The notes under the pieces: model-generated
Databases searched by the model: none
Seen by the model: the letters and a program-made list of their open reading frames with translations, nothing else
Told to the model about the DNA's origin: nothing
Made by a program: the position numbers and the translations under genes
Part shown: positions 58,815 to 64,000 of the stretch, in pieces
How positions within the stretch are numbered: the stretch's first letter is position 1
How the letters are laid out: each line of letters begins with the position of its first letter
Source of the DNA: an uncultured Pseudomonadota bacterium
GTDB lineage: Bacteria; Pseudomonadota; Alphaproteobacteria; RF32; CAG-239
DNA: 64,000 nucleotides
Direction: 5' to 3'
NCBI GenBank assembly: GCA_902763535.1
Contig: CACWSG010000001.1
Coordinates: 128,261-192,260 of the forward strand

Positions 58815-60230
58815 CTACATCTTCCTTATATATTCGTTTAACAATTTAACTCCGAAACCTGCTGCCAAGCCTTTACTGTCCATCCGCATATTACTCATAT
58901 CAATATGCGCCCATTTGGTGCCTTTTTCAACAAACTCTGCCAAAAATGCCGCCGAAGTTATGGAAGCTTTGGCTTCCGGTGCCACATTTTTAATATCTGC
59001 AACTGTTGAATCCAAGGCTTTGCGATATTGTTTATCAAGCGGCATCCGCCATAATTTTTCGCCGCTTTCCTCGCCTGCTTTTAACAATTCATCAGCCAAC
59101 TTGTCATCATTGGCAAACATTCCGCCGTAAACTTTGCCCAAAACTCCGTTGAGCGAGCCTAAAGTCGTAACATCAATTATTCTCTTAACCTTATAGTTCT
59201 TTTGCATATAGCTTAGAGCATCTGCCACAATCAACCGTCCCTCGGCATCGGTATTATTAACCTCAACCGTTTTTCCGGCATAAGAAGTATAAACATCACC
59301 GACTTTCATCGCATTACCGTCCGGCATATTTTCAACCAAAGCTACAATAGCCAGCAAGTTCTTTTTAGTCCTTTGCAAAGCGGTTGTCTTCATCGCCGCC
59401 ACTACTGCTGCCGCCCCGCTCATATCCTGCTTCATCTCAAGCATTCCCTGCGTGGTTTTCAAACTCAGCCCGCCAGCATCAAAACACACACCTTTGCCCA
59501 CCAAACCTAAATCATATTCTTTTACCTTGCGATTGCCGCGCCAAGAAACGATTACCAATTTCGGCTCATTAGCCGCCCCCTTGCCGACTGCCTCAATCAG
59601 ACCTAACCCTTTTAAGTGCAAATTATCTTTATCTAAAATCTCAACATCTAAACCTAAATATTCCAATCGCTTAATATCACGCGCAAAAATATCAGGTGTC
59701 AGACAATTAGCCGGTTCATTGCACAAATCTCTGGCATAACGCACACCGGTATAAAGTGCCACATAATTTTTATAAGCTTCGGTCGCTTTTTTTTCATTTT
59801 TTACTTTAACAATAAGTTGTTCCAATGCCGGAAAATCTTCGGCTTTTTTGTTGGTTTTATATTTATCAAAACTGTAAGAAGCTTGCAAAACTCCAAACAC
59901 CAATTCCAATGCCGCCGCATCACCTGTCGCCGCAATCAATGCCTTTTCTTCTTTTTCAATTTTACCATAAAGATTGCGCCCGATCTCTTGCCAATCAAGC
60001 AGTTTGGCTTCATCGCCAACTCCGCAAACAACTATATGTTCATCACCAACCCAAAAATCTACTGTTTGTTTTTTTTCGGCTTTGAAATCCAAGTTTTTTA
60101 TCTGTGTTTTATAAGCAATTGGCAATTTATCTTTCTTGCTCAACACAAAAACCTTGGTTTTAACATCCTCATTTGGTTTAGCGGTCAAAATAACTTCCAA
60201 CATCTTTAGCGATTCCTTTTTTGATTGCAA
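58815..60230 (-). CDS. pepA: Leucyl aminopeptidase (M17)
   Basis: 'NTDAEGRLIVADAL' M17 signature and 'GKGVCFDAGGLSLK'. Confidence 0.92.
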   Translation of the reverse strand: MQSKKESLKMLEVILTAKPNEDVKTKVFVLSKKDKLPIAYKTQIKNLDFKAEKKQTVDFWVGDEHIVVCGVGDEAKLLDWQEIGRNLYGKIEKEEKALIAATGDAAALELVFGVLQASYSFDKYKTNKKAEDFPALEQLIVKVKNEKKATEAYKNYVALYTGVRYARDLCNEPANCLTPDIFARDIKRLEYLGLDVEILDKDNLHLKGLGLIEAVGKGAANEPKLVIVSWRGNRKVKEYDLGLVGKGVCFDAGGLSLKTTQGMLEMKQDMSGAAAVVAAMKTTALQRTKKNLLAIVALVENMPDGNAMKVGDVYTSYAGKTVEVNNTDAEGRLIVADALSYMQKNYKVKRIIDVTTLGSLNGVLGKVYGGMFANDDKLADELLKAGEESGEKLWRMPLDKQYRKALDSTVADIKNVAPEAKASITSAAFLAEFVEKGTKWAHIDMSNMRMDSKGLAAGFGVKLLNEYIRKM

Positions 60231-60314
60231 CTGGCATAATTATAAAGTCAAATCGTTAAAATAAAACAAACATTATTTGACAAATCAAACTTTTGGGTTA
60301 TAGATATTACCACT

Positions 60315-61265
60315 ATGAGCAATATTTTAGAATTTAACGAGCAAAATTTAGCCATTGCCGCCGATACTATCAAAAACGGCGGACTTGTGGCTTTTCCCAC
60401 CGAGACGGTCTATGGTCTCGGAGCAGATTCGTATAATGCCCAAGCGGTAGCGCAAATTTTTGCCGCCAAGGGTCGTCCGACATTTAATCCGCTGATTTCT
60501 CACATCGCCGAAATAGATATGCTCAAAGAATTAGCCGTTCCCGACAGCCGAGCTCTTGCTTTGGCAACTAAATTTTGGCCCGGCCCTTTGACTTTTATTT
60601 TGCCGCGTAAAGAGGCTAATTCCGCGCTTGACTTGGTCTGTGCCGGACTGCCAAATATCTCGGTGAGAATGCCTAATCATCAAATTGCACTCGCCTTAAT
60701 CCGTGCCAGCGGCACTCCGATTGCCGCTCCCTCGGCCAATCGTTCACAAACCATATCCCCAACCACGGCACAACATGTTGCCGATTCTCTGGGGGTTAAT
60801 GTTGATATTATCCTAGACGGTGGTGCTTGCAAAGTTGGTGTTGAATCCACAATTGTGGATTTGACCACTAAAGATGTGGTAATTTTGCGCGCCGGCGGAA
60901 TACCAAAAGAAAATTTAGAGAGTTTTTTAGGTGAAAAAGTTTTGCTCTCTCATGGTAATCCTGAGCTTCCTACCTCACCGGGACAAATGCTCAAACACTA
61001 TGCACCTAAACTTTCCACCCGTATCAATGTTGTCCCTTCCGAGCGTCAAGCTGACGAGTTTTTTATCGGTTTCGGCGATATGGATTGTGATTTAAATTTA
61101 AGTCTTAAAGGCGATACTACTGAAGCTGCGGCTAACTTATTTGCCTATATGCATTTAGCCGAAGCACAAACCAGCTACCCCAAAATTGCCATTGCCCCAA
61201 TTCCCGATAGCGGACTGGGGCTGGCTATCAATGACAGAATACGCCGAGCTGCTTATAAAGACTAA
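60315..61265 (+). CDS. tsaC: L-threonylcarbamoyladenylate synthase (Sua5/TsaC long form)
   Basis: YrdC domain 'VAFPTETVYGLGAD', 'APSANRS', plus a Sua5-type C-terminal domain. Confidence 0.9.
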   Translation: MSNILEFNEQNLAIAADTIKNGGLVAFPTETVYGLGADSYNAQAVAQIFAAKGRPTFNPLISHIAEIDMLKELAVPDSRALALATKFWPGPLTFILPRKEANSALDLVCAGLPNISVRMPNHQIALALIRASGTPIAAPSANRSQTISPTTAQHVADSLGVNVDIILDGGACKVGVESTIVDLTTKDVVILRAGGIPKENLESFLGEKVLLSHGNPELPTSPGQMLKHYAPKLSTRINVVPSERQADEFFIGFGDMDCDLNLSLKGDTTEAAANLFAYMHLAEAQTSYPKIAIAPIPDSGLGLAINDRIRRAAYKD

Positions 61266-62482
61266 CCGACTTCCGGTTCAGGCAGAGTTTCCGGCATTAT
61301 CTCCGGTTTTTTGAAGAAATGGTGTTGGATTTGAAATACCAAAGCGCCCCACAAGGCTGACAATCCTGAACCACACAAAATACCTAATCTGATTTCGGAT
61401 TGCATATCATCCGGCAAAGACAATTTGCCGACAAACAACGCCATGGTAAACCCAATACCGGCAACCGAAGCCACACCATATAAATCAAGCTTGCTGACCG
61501 TATCAGGAAACTTGGCAATTTTGGCCTTTATCAACAACCAAGTAGTGGTATAAATACCGATTTGTTTGCCCAAAAACAATCCGAATATAATTCCCAAAGT
61601 GAGGGTGTGAGTAAAGGTTTCTGCCGTAACATTGCCCAAATATAATCCGGCTGAGGCAAATGCAAACACCGGCAAAATAATCAAGTCAACCCAAGGTTTC
61701 AACTTGCGGCTCAACCGCTCCAAAGGTGAATATTTTTTAATATTAACCCGCATCGGATAAGCCATGGCTACCACCACACCGGCCATGGTAGTGTGAATAC
61801 CGCCGTTTAAGAAACAATACCACAAAGCCGCGCCAAAAAACAGATATAGTGAAAAATTGGTAAATTGCATACGATTAAGCAGATAAAGCCCTATACAAGA
61901 CAATCCGGCATAGCCCAACAAATCAATCGACACACCTTTGTTATAGAACAAAGCAATAATCAAAATAGCACCCAAGTCATCAAAAATAGCTATTGCCAGC
62001 AAAAATATTTTGGCCGCCTTAGGAATAGCTCCGCCCACAATCATCAGTACACACACCGCAAAAGCAATATCCGTGGCGGTCGGTATCGCCCAACCATTGA
62101 TATATTGTTCTGAATGATAATTAAATATCAGATAAATAATTGCCGGACAAATAATACCCCCGGCGGCGGCAATTGCCGGCACCGCAATTTGTTTTACATC
62201 TGATAAAAATCCCTCGCGCATCTCGCGTTTAAGCTCTAAACCGATTTGTAAAAAGAAAAACACCATCAAAACATCATTAACCCACCATTCCAACGGGCGC
62301 GAAAATTTTATATCATGCAAACCTACAAACAGTTGCGTATGCCAAAAATCATAAATCACCTGACGCAAATCGGTATTAGCACAACAAATGGAAGCAATCA
62401 TTGCTCCAATCATCAAAACTCCGCTGGTCATCTCGTTGTAGATAATCTTTTCCAGCCAATCTCTAAATTCCATTTTTCTCAC
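61262..62482 (-). CDS. nhaA: Na+/H+ antiporter NhaA
   Basis: Polytopic. 'LLAIAIFDDLGAILIIALFY' (DD pair) and 'HTTMAGVVVAMAYP' are typical of NhaA. Its 3' end overlaps the convergent tsaC by 4 nt. Confidence 0.93.
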   Translation of the reverse strand: MRKMEFRDWLEKIIYNEMTSGVLMIGAMIASICCANTDLRQVIYDFWHTQLFVGLHDIKFSRPLEWWVNDVLMVFFFLQIGLELKREMREGFLSDVKQIAVPAIAAAGGIICPAIIYLIFNYHSEQYINGWAIPTATDIAFAVCVLMIVGGAIPKAAKIFLLAIAIFDDLGAILIIALFYNKGVSIDLLGYAGLSCIGLYLLNRMQFTNFSLYLFFGAALWYCFLNGGIHTTMAGVVVAMAYPMRVNIKKYSPLERLSRKLKPWVDLIILPVFAFASAGLYLGNVTAETFTHTLTLGIIFGLFLGKQIGIYTTTWLLIKAKIAKFPDTVSKLDLYGVASVAGIGFTMALFVGKLSLPDDMQSEIRLGILCGSGLSALWGALVFQIQHHFFKKPEIMPETLPEPEVG

Positions 62483-62839
62483 CTGTTATCAAAAGCTAAA
62501 ATCTCTGATTATTATATAATGCCGAAATATTTAATATTTTATAAAAAACAACAAATAAAATACGCCTCGAACAACTCAGAAAAATATACGGTATTATTAT
62601 ACCGTAAAATCTGATATTTAAAATTAAATAAACCGTTTATCTTATTGATTTTTAGTGATAAAAAAACACTTGCGGGGAGAGGTGAACTGTAGTATAATAA
62701 TCTCATACAAAGATTATTAACTCGCTATAACTATAAATGCTTTTCAATGATTTTTTTCATTTGATTTGTTTTTATGTTTTGGCGGATTAATAGTCTTTTT
62801 TTTAACAGAGTATTAACTAACCAATTAAAACATAAAAAA

Positions 62840-63307
62840 ATGAAAAAATCAATTAAATCTATTACAAAATCAGTTCTGCTATCAATAATTGGAGTAGCTG
62901 TAGCCCTATTAGGAATACTTTGCTGTTTTACAGATGCCTCACCCAACAGTGGTTTGCCCGGTGAATTTGGCACCACAGGAATATTATTAGGGGCCATAAT
63001 AATTGTGGTGGCGGAAATGTTCCGCACACCAACAATTTCAAAAACAGCATGCAGAGGTGGAATGATGTTCCACCTTGGAGCTTTCGCGACTACAGCGATT
63101 GTTCTTTTTAAAATGGGTGTAATCTGTGTTTACACAGATTATTATGTCATAAATAACTTCGGTTATTATGACGAATACAGCACCGAAGTAAACGGTGTTC
63201 AACCGTTTATAGGGCTGTGTATTTTATTTGCTGTAAGACTATTATGGCAATTGATAGTCATTGAAACTCCGCTTTTTAGCAGAGTTTCAAAATGGCTTGC
63301 AAAATAA
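62840..63307 (+). CDS. Small integral membrane protein, unknown function
   Basis: The ATG at 62840 ('MKKSIKSITKS...') is followed by 4 hydrophobic spans. The ORF track opens at 62774 on a non-ATG codon. Terminator 'gggccatccgtgaggatcgccc' lies downstream. Confidence 0.5.
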   Translation: MKKSIKSITKSVLLSIIGVAVALLGILCCFTDASPNSGLPGEFGTTGILLGAIIIVVAEMFRTPTISKTACRGGMMFHLGAFATTAIVLFKMGVICVYTDYYVINNFGYYDEYSTEVNGVQPFIGLCILFAVRLLWQLIVIETPLFSRVSKWLAK

Positions 63308-63365
63308 AACAATAAGGGCCATCCGTGAGGATCGCCCTTTTCTTTTTTTAAATCAAACATCTTAC

Positions 63366-63523
63366 CTAAAAAGTTCGGATAGTGAGGCGGATAATAAGAA
63401 AACTGCGGATAGCGTGTGTAGATAATAAGAAACTTCCTAAAAAGTGAAGGGAGTGTACTTTAAACGTACATAACCGAACTTTTTAGGAAGCTTCTGTATT
63501 AAATACCAGCTAAACGCAGTTTT
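63366..63523. repeat. Composite palindromic element (CGGATAG family) with duplicated left arm, 3' of 63527..63871
   Basis: The core 63399-63523 is co-linear with 57554-57677. The extra left module 63366-63398, 'AAAAGTTCGGATAGTGAGGCGGATAATAAGAA', repeats the left arm. Stems are 63433-45/63478-90 and 63454-58/63466-70. Confidence 0.78.
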
Positions 63524-63526
63524 CAA

Positions 63527-63871
63527 TTAATCGACATAGATAATATCATCATCCGTATCACTCACACATTGGCGAGTAACTGTGCCTTTTTTGCGTGATA
63601 CCACGGTGTAGCACTTGTTCTCAGGCTCAGCAATATAAACTTTGGGTTGCTGCACCTGTACAACTCTGGGACGAGTAGATGCCACAATTGCATCGGCCAA
63701 AGCAACACCGGCTAAAGTCCCTAAAACGACATTACCGAAATGACGTCCGCCATGATGATGAGTGTGATAATGAAAACCACCCCCATGCCAGCCGCCGTGC
63801 CAACCGCCTCTGGCCTGAGCCGGAGCAGCCATTGCCATGCAAACCATCAAAGCAATTATCAACTTTTTCAT
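63527..63871 (-). CDS. Secreted Gly/His-rich protein with a central hydrophobic segment
   Basis: Signal peptide 'AMAAPAQA', then 'RGGWHGGWHGGGFHYHTHHHGGRHFG' and the hydrophobic 'VVLGTLAGVALADAIVA'. Confidence 0.55.
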   Translation of the reverse strand: MKKLIIALMVCMAMAAPAQARGGWHGGWHGGGFHYHTHHHGGRHFGNVVLGTLAGVALADAIVASTRPRVVQVQQPKVYIAEPENKCYTVVSRKKGTVTRQCVSDTDDDIIYVD

Positions 63872-64000
63872 TTATTTATCTCCTTTTGCTTCATCTTTTA
63901 ATTTTTTATCAAAATTGTGGTGATGATGTGGTTTTTTGTGATGAAATTCTTTACGAAATTCTTTTTTCATTTCTTCAAATTTTTGTTTTTGTTCATCGGT
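63868..64000 (-). CDS. Partial CDS (C-terminal part): CpxP/Spy-like LTxxQ periplasmic protein with His-rich tail
   Basis: Open frame from the window edge: '..TDEQKQKFEEMKKEFRKEFHHKKPHHHHNFDKKLKDEAKGDK*'. The TGA overlaps the ATG of the downstream gene (ATGA). The family call rests on the 'T-x-x-Q...F' pattern only. Confidence 0.45.

Noticed and set aside
1-64000. CRISPR arrays, prophage, IS elements and known defence systems.
   Set aside because: There are no regularly spaced direct repeats and no cas, integrase, transposase, restriction-modification, RT, or nuclease/ATPase defence-type genes. The only repeats are the palindromic elements and the ACP-cassette duplications described above.

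Overview
This 64-kb window is a chromosomal segment from an AT-rich diderm bacterium. Outer-membrane beta-barrels, Slt, SurA/parvulin-like PPIase and flagellar hook genes support the diderm call. Gene content and local synteny fit a host-associated or anaerobic alphaproteobacterium-like lineage: parvulin divergent from secA, a sigma-54-driven fliK-flgD-flgE hook operon, and RPE-like palindromic repeats. That placement is inference only and nothing was searched. About 60 CDS are present. Most are confidently housekeeping: uvrA, ssb, secA, tig, rpsU, greA, trxB, accBC, nifJ-type PFOR, pepA, nhaA, tsaC/sua5, apt, mtnN, PNP, dCMP deaminase and one tRNA-Leu(UAG). No CRISPR array, integrase, transposase or recognisable defence-system gene was seen. 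The unusual material is as follows. (1) A roughly 0.6-kb GC-elevated non-coding block (27.86-28.43 kb) has many strong helices and an orphan minus-strand terminator. It is a candidate large ncRNA or a repeat-element nest. (2) A family of about 125-nt imperfect palindromes sits directly after stop codons at 23.6, 57.6 and 63.4 kb. The two closest copies differ by compensatory substitutions in their stems. (3) A tandem array of orphan acyl-carrier-protein-like genes (29.6-31.2 kb) has duplicated terminator modules and, for two of its units, near-identical promoters, plus a truncated fourth copy. (4) An islet of two paralogous unknown genes plus a third unknown gene lies between nifJ and pepS (55.2-57.5 kb). 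(5) There are several oddities in single genes: a motor-only FtsK-like ATPase, a short divergent MetK with a pseudoknot-capable leader, a 10-Cys mini-protein fused transcriptionally to trxB, a Lys/Asn-rich 531-aa ORFan, and a His-rich periplasmic pair at the right edge. No complete, clearly novel multi-gene system can be proven from sequence alone, so the candidates are ranked in the findings.
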